The translations under genes and the position numbers were made by a program. Shown one piece after another: positions 41,573-51,673 of a stretch of 64,000 nt of DNA. This DNA is from Magnetococcales bacterium (GTDB lineage: Bacteria > Pseudomonadota > Magnetococcia > Magnetococcales > UBA8363). The first letter of the stretch is position 1. Every line of letters begins with the position of its first letter. A model generated the notes under the pieces. The model ran no database searches. It was not told the origin of the DNA and saw nothing but the letters and a program-made list of their open reading frames with translations. The DNA is taken from positions 10,315 to 74,314 of the forward strand of contig JADGCN010000001.1 of NCBI GenBank assembly GCA_015228975.1, written 5' to 3'.

Positions 41573-42991
41573 ATGGCGTTGCGGCTTAAAGCGTTATCCT
41601 GGTGGCGTATCGGCATTCTCGTGTTACCTGGTGTTGCCTTTCCTTTGGAAGTCGGTGCCGAAACCTTGCGGGAGGCCGTGGAGGCGCTATTGCAGAGGCA
41701 TGACCGCATCCTGGCGGCCAAGTCGGATCTCGAAGCGGTCGGCGAGAGGAAAGACCAAGTGTTTCGTTCGACGTTCCTGCCCAACCTGACCGTATCCACC
41801 CACGTGGGCGAGGATCGGAACAGCAACAGAACCACACAGCCCGATACCAACATGATTTCCCGGGAAATGGATGTGGCCGTCAAGCAATTGCTCTTTGACT
41901 TTGGCAAGGGAATGGCCGATGTGGAGGTTCAGGACAATCAACAGCGGCAGATGCGCGCCGCGTTGGACAATGTCAGTCAAACCTTGATCCTGGATGCGGT
42001 GAGTTCTTACCTGAACCTGGATCGCGCAGCCAAAGTTCTGGAATTCGCCAAAAAGTCGGTTTCCAACATTCGCCATCAGGGGGAGGTGGAGAGTGCCCGC
42101 GTGACCCTGGGTAAGGGATATTCCACCGATGTGTTGCAGGCGAAGGCCCAATTGGCTGGGGCGGAGGCGCGGCAAGTGCAATCCCGCGGCATGTTGCTCA
42201 GGGCGGAGACGCATTCCCGAACCGTGTTTTTGCGGGAACCTGTCGAGGTGACCCGTCTGGTACCCCCGGACCCCACCCTGGTGGTGTTACCGAAGAGCAT
42301 GGACGATGCATTGGCTGCCGCAGTGGCCAATAATCCCCAGTTGCGCCAGTTGGCGGCTGCGGTTGATGGCTTGGAGGCGGCGCGCCGCAGTGCCAAGATC
42401 AGTGGCTTTCTCCCAGCGGTTAATGGCGTTTGGGAATACAAGGTGAAAAATAATGTGGCGGCGATAGAAGGATTTGAACGCGAAAATTTTGTCAAAGCGG
42501 AGATGAGCTTTCCGTTTAACCTGGGGCTGGCCAGTGTTAGCGCGGTGCGGGCGGCGGACCGGGATTTGGATGCCGCCAAGAATCGTTATAACGATATGTT
42601 ACTCAATGTCCATGAAGCGGTACGTACTTCATGGCACAATTTGGAAACTTCACGGGAAAATGCCGAACTGTTGACAACCCAGGCGACCTTGGCGGAAAAA
42701 TTTGTTGAATTGGCCAAGGAAGAACGGGCACTGGATAAACGGACGCTCCTGGACGTGTTGAATGGTGAGACGGCCTTGATCAATGCCCAGAGCGATGCCC
42801 TGTCGGCGGCGACCGAGGTGCAGATCGCCTCCTACTCCATGTTGCAGGCGATGGGGAGTTTAAACGCCGAGATATTGTCTCCGGGCACCCCTGGCAAGGC
42901 GAAATCATTCCAGGCCCTGAATGATTCCCCCAAAAAGGAGGATATGCCGGTGCCCGCGAAAGAGCAGAAAAACGTACGTAAGAAAAAGTAG
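41573..42991 (+). CDS. TolC-family outer-membrane channel of a type I secretion system
   Basis: Signal peptide; ETLREAV, QLLFDFG, DVLQAKAQL and RTLLDVLNGE repeats typical of outer-membrane efflux proteins; GAGGAG ribosome-binding site. Confidence 0.92.
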   Translation: MALRLKALSWWRIGILVLPGVAFPLEVGAETLREAVEALLQRHDRILAAKSDLEAVGERKDQVFRSTFLPNLTVSTHVGEDRNSNRTTQPDTNMISREMDVAVKQLLFDFGKGMADVEVQDNQQRQMRAALDNVSQTLILDAVSSYLNLDRAAKVLEFAKKSVSNIRHQGEVESARVTLGKGYSTDVLQAKAQLAGAEARQVQSRGMLLRAETHSRTVFLREPVEVTRLVPPDPTLVVLPKSMDDALAAAVANNPQLRQLAAAVDGLEAARRSAKISGFLPAVNGVWEYKVKNNVAAIEGFERENFVKAEMSFPFNLGLASVSAVRAADRDLDAAKNRYNDMLLNVHEAVRTSWHNLETSRENAELLTTQATLAEKFVELAKEERALDKRTLLDVLNGETALINAQSDALSAATEVQIASYSMLQAMGSLNAEILSPGTPGKAKSFQALNDSPKKEDMPVPAKEQKNVRKKK

Positions 42992-43071
42992 GATATCTGT
43001 GGTAGTATCAAGAGTTCCAGGAATGGATCGGGACCGGGGTGTTCAGACATATTTCGGGTGAGGAGTACATC

Positions 43072-46000
43072 ATGAAAAGGTCATTGCACGAATTTATGCC
43101 CGGTCAACTCCGCCCCTGGGCCCCCGAAGTGATGCATCCCACCTCGGATAAACCGCTGGTCATGGGTCACGACGATTTTTTGCTGACGGCGCAATTCACC
43201 CGCCAGGGGAGTGATCTGCTCCTGGAGGGTGGGGTCGATTATCCGGGGCATTCGGTTTTGATCCCGGGTTATTTTTCATTGGCTACCCCCCCCGATCTGG
43301 TGACCGGCTACGATGCCCGGGTGACATCCGACTTGGCATTGCGATTGGCGGGTCCCGCGACGCCAGCGGTCTATGCGGAAAATGCCCCGGCGACACCGAC
43401 GGCAACCGTTGCTTCGGGGGGGGATGGCGTTGGTCGCATCGAATCGACGGTTGCAGGGGCCACCGTGACCCGCGCCGGTGTCAAAATGGCTGCGGAAAAG
43501 GGAATGGTCATCCAGGTAGGGGATGTCATCGAAACCCCCAAGGGGGGTGGGGTCGGCTTGGTGTATGCCGATAATACGACGATCTCCCTGGCCAATTCCG
43601 GACGCTTGGTCGTCGAAGAGATGAAATTCGACCCCGCCAAGAATGAGGGCAAGTCGACCACCAATGTCGTCCAGGGTGAATTTTCCTTTGTCAGCGGCCA
43701 TGTCGCCAAGACCGGAACGGACAAAATGGTGTTCAAAACCCCGGTTGCAGTCATTGGCGTGCGGGGTACGACGGTTGCGGGCAAGGCATCGGCGGAAGGG
43801 TCGGAAAACAGTTTCACCCTGTTGCCGGACGCCGATGGCGGCGTGGGCAAGATAGCGGTTACCAACCAGTCGGGAACCATTGTTCTGTCGCAACCCAACC
43901 AGACAACCACGGTGACCAGTTTTTCCGCCAAACCCACCCCCCCGGTGATTTTATCGCACCAGGAGATTCAGACCCGTTATGGTAGTGCAACGCGCATTTT
44001 GCCCCCACCCCCGGCGACACCTCCCCAGGGTACCAAGAGTGGTTCGACCCCTGGCAAGGAAGGTGACGCAAAGGGTGACGCAAAGGGTGACGCCAAAGGT
44101 GAAGCCAAAGGTGAAGCGAAGGGTGATGGGAAAGATGCGAAGGGTGACGGGAAAGAGGCGAAGGGTGACGGGAAAGATGCGAAGGGTGACGGGAAAGATG
44201 TGAAAGGTGATGGAAAAGATGGGAAGGGTGACGGAAAAGAGGCGCAGGGTGACGGGAAGGATGTGAAAGGTGATGGGAAAGATGGGAAGGGTGACGGGAA
44301 AGCGGGTGGCGACAAGGCTCTCCAAGGGGATGCGGCCCCATTGAAGGAGGGGAAAGCGGCTGAAGAGGGCAAACCTGTGGCAACAGGGGATGCCGACAAG
44401 GGTGCGGCGGCTCAGGGGCCTGGAGGTGTGCAGACCGCGGATGCGGCAAAGAATGCGGGACCGTCTACGGGGCCGGACGCGGGACCAAACGCTCAGGGGG
44501 TGGTTGCCAGCGGACCGCAGGGACAAAGTGGATCCGGTGTGCAACAACCTGTTGCGCAGACGGGTGTCGTGCAGGGCAACACCCAACCCGTGGTGGCCAA
44601 CACTCCAGTTCCCCAGTCTTTCCAGTCGGTTGTTCCCACAGTGACCAATCTTTTCGCACCATCCACCCTCCTTGGTACGACTGCCAACGCGACTGTCAAC
44701 AACCAGATCGGGAACAATCTGGTTGGGAACAATCTGGTTGGGAACAATACGGTTGTGAACAATGCGGTCGGGAACAATCCCGTTCAGCAAAATCAGGCGA
44801 TGGCTGCTGGTAATGTGACCTCACAAACCAATGCTGGGATGGGTGTTGCTTCCGTCAGCAATCCGCTCCCTGTAACAACGGTTAAAACAGTGAGCCCGGT
44901 TGTGACAACGACACAAACTCCGGTGCAACAGGTTCAAACCCAGCCGCAACAGCAGCAAACGAACAATCAACAGGTCAGCCAACCGACAACGTCAAATCCT
45001 GGTGTGACCCAAAATCCGGGGACAAGCGGGTCAAATCAGACGCAACAACCCGGTACGGGTACAACGACTCAGACACAGGATACGGGCACGACAAATCCGC
45101 CGGGCACGACGACTCAGACACCGGGTACGACAACCCCGCCGGGTACGACGACTCAGACACCGGGTACGACGACTCAAACACCGGGTACGACGACCCCGAC
45201 ACCGGACACGGGTACGACGCAGCCCCAGCCTCAGCAGCTTGCGGCTCCGAGCCTGACGTTACGTGATACGGTGGGTACGACGAGTAAGCCTTTCTACATT
45301 GACATCGCATCATCTCTTCAGAGTAGTACTGGAAATTTGTCTGTAGCAGTGGCGGGCTTGCCGACGAACAGCACGATTTCTGCGGGATCCATGGATGGTT
45401 CCGGTAATTGGGTCATCCCTTCGAACCAGCTTTCCGGTTTGTCCATGACGCTTTCCCAGGGGGCACCCGATACGATGCAGCTTGGTGTCACGGCCACCGC
45501 CAGTGATGGTACCAGCAGTGCTTCGAAGTCGGGGACGCTCAATATCTGGTTGGGGGGTAATGACTCCTTGTTCTATTCCAGCAATACCCAGATTGTGAAC
45601 CAAAATGCTCCGCCCACGAATGTGACGCGGATTGCTGGAGGAAATGTCAAAATTGATATGGCCTCGAATTCATTGACCTATCTGGAGAGTTGGGCATCGG
45701 ATACCGTTGCGACGATTCCGTTCAGTTCTATCACGAAGTATCCCAATGGTGGTCTTGAGATTGCTTTTTCCAATAATTTTTCCGCCCATGGCATCATGTC
45801 GTCGAATGCCTCTGTGGGGCTGTTTTCCATGAGTAATTCCGCCCAAGGGTCGACGCTTCCGAATGCCATGTTCTCAGTCGTGGTTCCCGATGCTCCCGGT
45901 CACAGTAACTCGGGTGTCGCGGGCAATTACCATTTCGCTTATTTAAAGACGGGGTCCGGCACGACTCCGGCAACGGGCTATGGTACCTTTACCCTGAATG

Positions 46001-47523
46001 GTTCAGGCCAGGGGAGCGTTGTCACCCAGGCCAGTTCCGATGGTCTTGGTGGTGCTTTGAAAAGTTCGACCTTCACCTATTCCGTGCAAAGCGATGGCAC
46101 CCTGGTGATTACCGAACCGGATGGTACGGTGGGGCATGGCAAGGTGTCTCCAGATGGTCAGACGATTGTGTTTGAGGAAACGGGTGCCGCGTCCTCGACT
46201 TTTGGCATTGGTTTGAAGGATGGAACCACCGTGCCCAACACAGCCCAGCTCAAGGGGACTTATGTAGCCAGCTCGTACGATGCATCCCATGTTACCATAC
46301 CCAACTCGACACAATCTTTCGATACTATTTCGTCCGAGCTTACCAAGGTGAAATATGACGGCGTTGGGGGTGCCAGCAGTTATGAAGTTTTCATGGGTCA
46401 CTATCTGGCCGTACCAGAAACCTTCAGCTATGCTTCCAATGCCAATGGGTGGATTGACATGGCCAATACGACAAACACTGCCAAATCGGCAGTGGGGTTT
46501 CTGTCCAGCGATGGCAACATTTTAATGACGGTGGATACGGCCACAACGCAAGGTACCAATAGTGATAATCACGTTGGTTTGACCGTTGCCATTAAGCAGA
46601 ACGTTGTGGATGGGATAAACGAAGGTTCCGCCAGCTCGACGCCCATTCTGGTTTCTGATCTGCTGGCGTTGGAGGTGAAAAGCCATGCCCCGGGGGCGAT
46701 GGGGATTGCCGTGAGCGGTTTCAGTGCCATTCAATCGGGTACTGTCAGCGCCATAACCGATCCGACGGTCATAACGGCCAGTGTCGGCAAATGGCAGTAC
46801 AGCCAGGATTTGGGTTCGACCTGGAGCGATATTGGTTCGCCTACGGCCAACTCATCTTTAATTCTGTCAGCGGATAATTCGACGGAGATCCGTTTTGTTC
46901 CGGATAATTCCTTTATCGGGCAAGCTGTCTTGAAATATCAGGCCTGGGATGGTACGGGTGGATTCACCAATGGTCAGACCGGGGTCAATTTGAGCAACAG
47001 TCCCGCCAGTTTTTCCAATGTTGTCGGGAATGCGGTTTTCGGAGTTCATCCCGTACCCAAAGATTTTGTCCAGACAGCCGTTTCCGGTTCGACAACGGTA
47101 CTTAATGGTACTCCGGGCAATGATCTCATGCTTGGGACAACGGGTGCCGACTCTTTTAAGGGGTTGGACGGTAGCGATACGTTTGTTGGGGGTGGCGGTG
47201 CCAACACCTTCTACTTCACCGGGGTGAGCGATTCTACTCCGGCTGCTTCCGACCGCATCATCGACTTCAATGTCAGCACCGACAAAATTGATATCTCTCT
47301 GGGGACCTCCTATACGGCATACAGTTACATCAGCGCGACCTCCTTTCATGCAACGGGTCAGACGGAAATCAGGTTTGACCAACCATCGGGATTGTTGCAG
47401 GTGGACTCGAACGGTGATGGTGTTTCCGATATGGCGATCAAGTTGGATCATGTGACTTCGACGAACCTGGATTCCACCTTGGATGCCGGTCAACATCCGA
47501 CCTGTCTCAGTGTCCATGTGTAA
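43072..47523 (+). CDS. Large type I secretion cargo: FecR-like domain, low-complexity linker, Ig/cadherin-like domains, RTX/serralysin-type C-terminus
   Basis: FecR motif (TPVAVIGVRGTT); GDAK/GDGKD and PGTTT repeats; WQYSQD.GSTW...IRFVP...YQAWDGT module; GND..LGTTGAD..GGGGANTF...DRIIDF C-terminus; no Sec signal; lies between tolC and the ABC/HlyD genes. Confidence 0.88.
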   Translation: MKRSLHEFMPGQLRPWAPEVMHPTSDKPLVMGHDDFLLTAQFTRQGSDLLLEGGVDYPGHSVLIPGYFSLATPPDLVTGYDARVTSDLALRLAGPATPAVYAENAPATPTATVASGGDGVGRIESTVAGATVTRAGVKMAAEKGMVIQVGDVIETPKGGGVGLVYADNTTISLANSGRLVVEEMKFDPAKNEGKSTTNVVQGEFSFVSGHVAKTGTDKMVFKTPVAVIGVRGTTVAGKASAEGSENSFTLLPDADGGVGKIAVTNQSGTIVLSQPNQTTTVTSFSAKPTPPVILSHQEIQTRYGSATRILPPPPATPPQGTKSGSTPGKEGDAKGDAKGDAKGEAKGEAKGDGKDAKGDGKEAKGDGKDAKGDGKDVKGDGKDGKGDGKEAQGDGKDVKGDGKDGKGDGKAGGDKALQGDAAPLKEGKAAEEGKPVATGDADKGAAAQGPGGVQTADAAKNAGPSTGPDAGPNAQGVVASGPQGQSGSGVQQPVAQTGVVQGNTQPVVANTPVPQSFQSVVPTVTNLFAPSTLLGTTANATVNNQIGNNLVGNNLVGNNTVVNNAVGNNPVQQNQAMAAGNVTSQTNAGMGVASVSNPLPVTTVKTVSPVVTTTQTPVQQVQTQPQQQQTNNQQVSQPTTSNPGVTQNPGTSGSNQTQQPGTGTTTQTQDTGTTNPPGTTTQTPGTTTPPGTTTQTPGTTTQTPGTTTPTPDTGTTQPQPQQLAAPSLTLRDTVGTTSKPFYIDIASSLQSSTGNLSVAVAGLPTNSTISAGSMDGSGNWVIPSNQLSGLSMTLSQGAPDTMQLGVTATASDGTSSASKSGTLNIWLGGNDSLFYSSNTQIVNQNAPPTNVTRIAGGNVKIDMASNSLTYLESWASDTVATIPFSSITKYPNGGLEIAFSNNFSAHGIMSSNASVGLFSMSNSAQGSTLPNAMFSVVVPDAPGHSNSGVAGNYHFAYLKTGSGTTPATGYGTFTLNGSGQGSVVTQASSDGLGGALKSSTFTYSVQSDGTLVITEPDGTVGHGKVSPDGQTIVFEETGAASSTFGIGLKDGTTVPNTAQLKGTYVASSYDASHVTIPNSTQSFDTISSELTKVKYDGVGGASSYEVFMGHYLAVPETFSYASNANGWIDMANTTNTAKSAVGFLSSDGNILMTVDTATTQGTNSDNHVGLTVAIKQNVVDGINEGSASSTPILVSDLLALEVKSHAPGAMGIAVSGFSAIQSGTVSAITDPTVITASVGKWQYSQDLGSTWSDIGSPTANSSLILSADNSTEIRFVPDNSFIGQAVLKYQAWDGTGGFTNGQTGVNLSNSPASFSNVVGNAVFGVHPVPKDFVQTAVSGSTTVLNGTPGNDLMLGTTGADSFKGLDGSDTFVGGGGANTFYFTGVSDSTPAASDRIIDFNVSTDKIDISLGTSYTAYSYISATSFHATGQTEIRFDQPSGLLQVDSNGDGVSDMAIKLDHVTSTNLDSTLDAGQHPTCLSVHV
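44062..44301 (+). repeat. Coding tandem repeats (12-bp and 21-bp units) encoding GDAK/GEAK and GDGK(D/E)xK
   Basis: GGTGACGCAAAG-type units followed by GGTGACGGGAAAGATGxGAAG-type units. Confidence 0.9.
45100..45198 (+). repeat. Coding tandem repeat PGTTT(QT/P)
   Basis: Five CCGGGYACGAC-initiated units of 18-21 bp. Confidence 0.85.
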
Positions 47524-47617
47524 TGTTGCGGGCCACTTGATCGTGGGGGGCGCCACTGTCATCGTGATTGGTGGCTATCACCTCAAGGTAGGTCGCAGCG
47601 CGTAAGGAGAGCCGAAA

Positions 47618-49288
47618 GTGGTGCGATTGATGCGTCGGTTCATGGCCCGACCGGGCCTGCTGATCATGGCGTTGGTCGCCTCCTTGATCATCCACCTGCT
47701 CTCCCTGGCGTCCTCCATCTATGTCATCCAAGTGTTGAACCGTTATGTCAGTAACGGTGTTGATTCCACGCTCATCACCCTGACGGTGGGGGTCTTGCTG
47801 GCCATTGTGATGGAATGGATCCTGCGTCGACTCCGGTTTCGCATGATGGATGGGTTTACGGCGCGTCCCGATGCGGAAATAGCCGGCAGGGGATTTTTTC
47901 AACTCACCGGTGCCCGAGGGTCGGCCTTGATTCACCTGAGCGAGGGGCAACGTCGTGAAGCCATGATGGCGGTTGCGACGCTCCAGGGTGTTTTGGGACG
48001 GGAAAATCTGATTGCCCTGATGGATTTTCCTTTTGCCCTGTTGTTCGTCTTGGCGCTATTCATTTTGAACGCTCGCATAGGGGTGGTGGCCAGCATCATG
48101 CTGGGATTGGTGTTGGTGGCCTCTTTGCTGCTTCAATGGGCGGTCAAGCAACCCATGCGACAGCAGAATCGCCTGATTGTGGAACACAATCAATTGTTGC
48201 AATCGGTTTTAAAAGCGGTCGAAGATATTCGTATTTTCAATGCCCATGGCATGTTGCGCCAGGTCTGGGGGGAGCGTCAAACCCGCCTCAACCATGCCCG
48301 ACATCGGGTCGCCCTGCGCCAGGAGACTCTGCGCCAGATTTTGGCGACCGGCTCCGCTTTGATGAGCGTGGCGGTAATCGCCCAGGGTGCCCTCCTGGTG
48401 GTGAATGGCGACATGACTTCCGGCGCCATGATCGGTGCCAATATCTTGGCTGGTCGCGCCCTGGCTATCATCTCCCGTTTTTCGCAACTCGGAGCCGCCA
48501 TGGAACAGGGGGAGTCGGCGGCGGCAAGCCTGGAAAAATTGATGAAATTGCCCCTGGAGATGCCCGAAGGTACGGCTCTGCAAACGTTTACCGGCAATCT
48601 GGAACTCAACGATGTGGCTTTTGTTTATCCCGGGTCGGCGGTACCGTTGTTTGAATCGCTATCGGTACGGTTCATTCCTGGCAGTTTGGTGGTGGTGGCG
48701 GGTGACAATGGTGCCGGCAAAACGACATTGGCACGTCTGTTGACCGGCTTTCTGGATCCGGTTCGCGGTAAAATTTTGGCCGATGGCCTGGAATACCGAC
48801 AGATGGCGGCGGGTTGGTTGCGTCGGCAACTTGTTTATTTTCCACAGGAACCCGTGTTCTTTGATGGTACCTTGTTGGACAACATAATTGTGAATCGACC
48901 CGATATCCCCCTGGAGCGACTGAATATGATGGTGGATTCGGCAGGCTTGCGCCGTTTCGTCAACGAAAGTCCAGATGGTTTGCAAACCCGTCTGGAAGGG
49001 GGTGGGGGGCAATTGGCGTTGGGGGTGCGGCGTCGCATCGCTTTGGCCCGGGGGTTGGTCAGTGACGGGATGATAGCCATTTTTGACGATCCCCTCGAAG
49101 GTTTGGACGGCCAGGGGGTGAGCGCCGTGATGAACATTTTGGCCGCCTTGAAGAATAATGGGCGGACGGTGATCGTCCTGTCGCATGATGTGACGCCGTT
49201 CCAGGAGTTGGCCGATGCCTGTCTCGACCTCAATATGAAACCGAAACCGTTGTTGCGGCGTACCTTGCCAGGGACCAAAGGGGCTTAA
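47618..49288 (+). CDS. Type I secretion ABC transporter permease/ATPase (LapB/HlyB-like, no C39 domain)
   Basis: ABC membrane domain (YVIQVLNRY, MDFPF, GAMIGANIL); Walker A GDNGAGKT; degenerate signature LALGV and Walker B IFDDP. Confidence 0.92.
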   Translation: MVRLMRRFMARPGLLIMALVASLIIHLLSLASSIYVIQVLNRYVSNGVDSTLITLTVGVLLAIVMEWILRRLRFRMMDGFTARPDAEIAGRGFFQLTGARGSALIHLSEGQRREAMMAVATLQGVLGRENLIALMDFPFALLFVLALFILNARIGVVASIMLGLVLVASLLLQWAVKQPMRQQNRLIVEHNQLLQSVLKAVEDIRIFNAHGMLRQVWGERQTRLNHARHRVALRQETLRQILATGSALMSVAVIAQGALLVVNGDMTSGAMIGANILAGRALAIISRFSQLGAAMEQGESAAASLEKLMKLPLEMPEGTALQTFTGNLELNDVAFVYPGSAVPLFESLSVRFIPGSLVVVAGDNGAGKTTLARLLTGFLDPVRGKILADGLEYRQMAAGWLRRQLVYFPQEPVFFDGTLLDNIIVNRPDIPLERLNMMVDSAGLRRFVNESPDGLQTRLEGGGGQLALGVRRRIALARGLVSDGMIAIFDDPLEGLDGQGVSAVMNILAALKNNGRTVIVLSHDVTPFQELADACLDLNMKPKPLLRRTLPGTKGA

Positions 49289-49291
49289 AGG

Positions 49292-50590
49292 ATGGCCGAA
49301 ACCATTTACCACATCGAAGTGGCCAGCGGTTTCACGGCGCATCATCGGCGCTTTTTCGTGGTGCTTGTGCTGACGTTTGTGTTGATCGGGTTGTGGGCGC
49401 ATTGGGGGGTGTTGGACATTGTCTCCCTGGCGGAAGGGGAAGTGGCACCATCGGGCAAGGTGAAGATGGTGCAGCATCTGGAAGGGGGGATTGTCAAAAG
49501 CATTCACGTTCATGAGGGGGATGAGGTCAAACAAGGGCAGGAAATGGTGACATTGGAACCGACCGCACGGGATTCCGATGTCCAGGAGTTGCGGGCGCGT
49601 CAGGTTTCGTTGCAGGCGGCGGAACAAAGGCTGGTTGCCGAAACCACGGGGGCGGATACGGTCAACTTCAGCGCAGAATTTCGCCGCAATCATCCGGCTT
49701 TGGTTGGCCAGGAGATCGGTTTGTTCCAAAATCGGCGCCGGCATCAGGAAAATCTTCTCTCCGAACAACGGGAACTCGTCAGCCAGCGGACGCACGACAT
49801 CGCCGAAATTGATTCGCGTATCGACCATGCAAAAAAACGATTGAGCCTGCTCAAAGAGCAGGTCGAAATCAGCACAGCGTTGCTCAAACGGGATATTACC
49901 AACCGTTATGGCCATTTGGACTTGTTGAAGGAGGCCAACGGACTGGAGGGGAAGCTGGAGGAGGATAAATCGGCGCACAGCCGGGCGCAGGCGGCACTCA
50001 AGGAGGCTCAGGCCCGCCTGGTGGGGCGCAAGAGCGCCTTTGTAGCCGAAGCGGAAACCCAGCTTGAGGAAATTCGCCGTGAGTTGCAGGAAATCGCCGC
50101 CAGATCGGGTAAATTTCGCGATAATTTGGATCGGACGGTCATACGGGCCCCGGTGGAGGGGGTGGTGAAAACCCTCCATATCGTGACCATTGGTGGTGTG
50201 ATCAAAGCGGGTGATGTGGTGGTGGAACTGGTTCCCAAAGGGGATCGTCTGGTGATTGAATCCAAACTCTCCACCAAAGACATCGGCTACGTGCAACTGG
50301 GACAATTGGCGGAGATACGATTGATTGGCTCCGATGCGGCGCGATATGGTAAAATCGAAGGAGTGGTCGCGGGCATCAGTCCCGATACGTTGACAACGGA
50401 AAAAGGGACGCCTTTTTATAAGGTCAGGGTCGAAACTGAAAAAACCTTCTTTAAAAATGGTGAGTATCGGTATTTGTTGTATCCGGGCATGATTGTGCAA
50501 ATATTGATCCACACCGGTCAAAGGTCGGTTTTGGACTATGTGTTGTCCCCGTTTCTTTCGAGTGCCCAGTTGGCGCTCAAGGAGCGATAG
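49292..50590 (+). CDS. HlyD-family membrane fusion protein
   Basis: N-terminal TM, VQHLEGGIV, long coiled coil, IRAPVEGVV and TGQRSVLDYVLSP motifs. Confidence 0.95.
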   Translation: MAETIYHIEVASGFTAHHRRFFVVLVLTFVLIGLWAHWGVLDIVSLAEGEVAPSGKVKMVQHLEGGIVKSIHVHEGDEVKQGQEMVTLEPTARDSDVQELRARQVSLQAAEQRLVAETTGADTVNFSAEFRRNHPALVGQEIGLFQNRRRHQENLLSEQRELVSQRTHDIAEIDSRIDHAKKRLSLLKEQVEISTALLKRDITNRYGHLDLLKEANGLEGKLEEDKSAHSRAQAALKEAQARLVGRKSAFVAEAETQLEEIRRELQEIAARSGKFRDNLDRTVIRAPVEGVVKTLHIVTIGGVIKAGDVVVELVPKGDRLVIESKLSTKDIGYVQLGQLAEIRLIGSDAARYGKIEGVVAGISPDTLTTEKGTPFYKVRVETEKTFFKNGEYRYLLYPGMIVQILIHTGQRSVLDYVLSPFLSSAQLALKER

Positions 50591-50659
50591 GTGGGGCCAT
50601 CAGGGCAGGTCAACCAGAAAAGGAATGGGGCCGTGGGATGCTGTGCGAATGCGGGTGCC

Positions 50660-50845
50660 ATGGATCGACAAGTGGCTGAGGCTTTGGGGGTGCCGGTTGA
50701 AGAATATGTCGAGGCTTTGCTCAAGGGTCGGGTGCGCGTCGAGCGCCTGGAACGGGGGGCGGTGATTGACGGGGTGACATTGATGTTTCCCCGGGCGATT
50801 TTTTATTACCAGGGGCGCTGGACGCATCTGGATCTGGAAAAATGA
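50660..50845 (+). CDS. Small hypothetical protein, DUF6522-like
   Basis: VAEALGV...GRVRVERLERG...IFYYQGR resembles the recalled DUF6522 pattern; start uncertain. Confidence 0.5.
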   Translation: MDRQVAEALGVPVEEYVEALLKGRVRVERLERGAVIDGVTLMFPRAIFYYQGRWTHLDLEK

Positions 50846-50941
50846 TGCGGTATGAACCATGACAGATTCTTTCCGGGTGAGTCTCCTTGGAGATGGATGG
50901 TGTCGTTTGCGTAAGGTCGCGTTGTTTGAGGAGGGATCACT

Positions 50942-51568
50942 ATGGGAAACACGATTGCGTTCGATACCCACGCTTACGTCAAAAAACTTCGGGAAGCTGG
51001 AGTGAATGAACGGCAGGCGGAAGTTCAAGCCGAAGCCCTGGTTGATTTGGTGGAAGACCGTTTGGCCACCAAGAGAGATTTTGCTGATCTGAAAATGGAC
51101 ATTGAAAAGATCCGGGCGGATCTTCAGCGGGATATCAAGGAACTGGATGCCAAGACTGAGATCAGACTCAAGGAATTGGACACCAAAGCGGAAACCCGGT
51201 TCAAGGAATTGGACACCAAAGTGGAAACCCGGTTCAAGGAATTGGACATCAAAGCGGAAACCCGGATCAAGGAATTGGACACCAAAGCGGAAACCCGGTT
51301 CAAGGAATTGGACACCAAAGCGGAAACCCGGTTCAAGGAATTGGACACCAAAGCGGAATCCCGGTTCAAGGAAACGGATGCCAAACTCAAGGAAATGGAA
51401 CTCCGCATGGTGATCAAGATGGGAGGTATGATCCTGGCGGGGATTGGTATCTTGTTCGGTCTCATGCGGGCATGGCCTTTGCCGGTTCAGTTCGTTCCCG
51501 TTTCCGGTCAAGAGATGCGCCAAATGGTTCCGATGACCTCGCCGGGGGGAGCAGGCGCAAGCAAATGA
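50942..51568 (+). CDS. DUF1640 (CCDC90-like) coiled-coil membrane-anchored protein
   Basis: FDTHAYVKKLREAG..ERQAE head, LATKRD neck, 11-residue repeats, C-terminal TM (MVIKMGGMILAGIGILFGL). Confidence 0.9.
   Translation: MGNTIAFDTHAYVKKLREAGVNERQAEVQAEALVDLVEDRLATKRDFADLKMDIEKIRADLQRDIKELDAKTEIRLKELDTKAETRFKELDTKVETRFKELDIKAETRIKELDTKAETRFKELDTKAETRFKELDTKAESRFKETDAKLKEMELRMVIKMGGMILAGIGILFGLMRAWPLPVQFVPVSGQEMRQMVPMTSPGGAGASK
51135..51373 (+). repeat. 33-bp coding tandem repeat (six near-perfect units plus degenerate flanks)
   Basis: TCAAGGAATTGGACACCAAAGCGGAAACCCGGT-type units at 51168, 51201, 51234, 51267, 51300 and 51333; encode FKELDTKAETR. Confidence 0.97.
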
Positions 51569-51673
51569 AAAAATATTCTGATATCAGCATGGTGTGCAGA
51601 GCGTCGAAGATGACCCCGGTAAAAGTAATCGATTGTTTAAGATAGCGACTCATCGCATCACTGTGGTGGATCC

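Noticed and set aside
48659-50521. 620-aa minus-strand ORF, and similar ORFs at 1457-3235 and 34597-36093
   Set aside because: These overlap well-supported genes on the opposite strand and show no independent coding evidence.
51135-51373. 33-bp periodic repeat resembling a CRISPR array
   Set aside because: Units are contiguous with no unique spacers, are in frame within DUF1640, and no cas genes are present.
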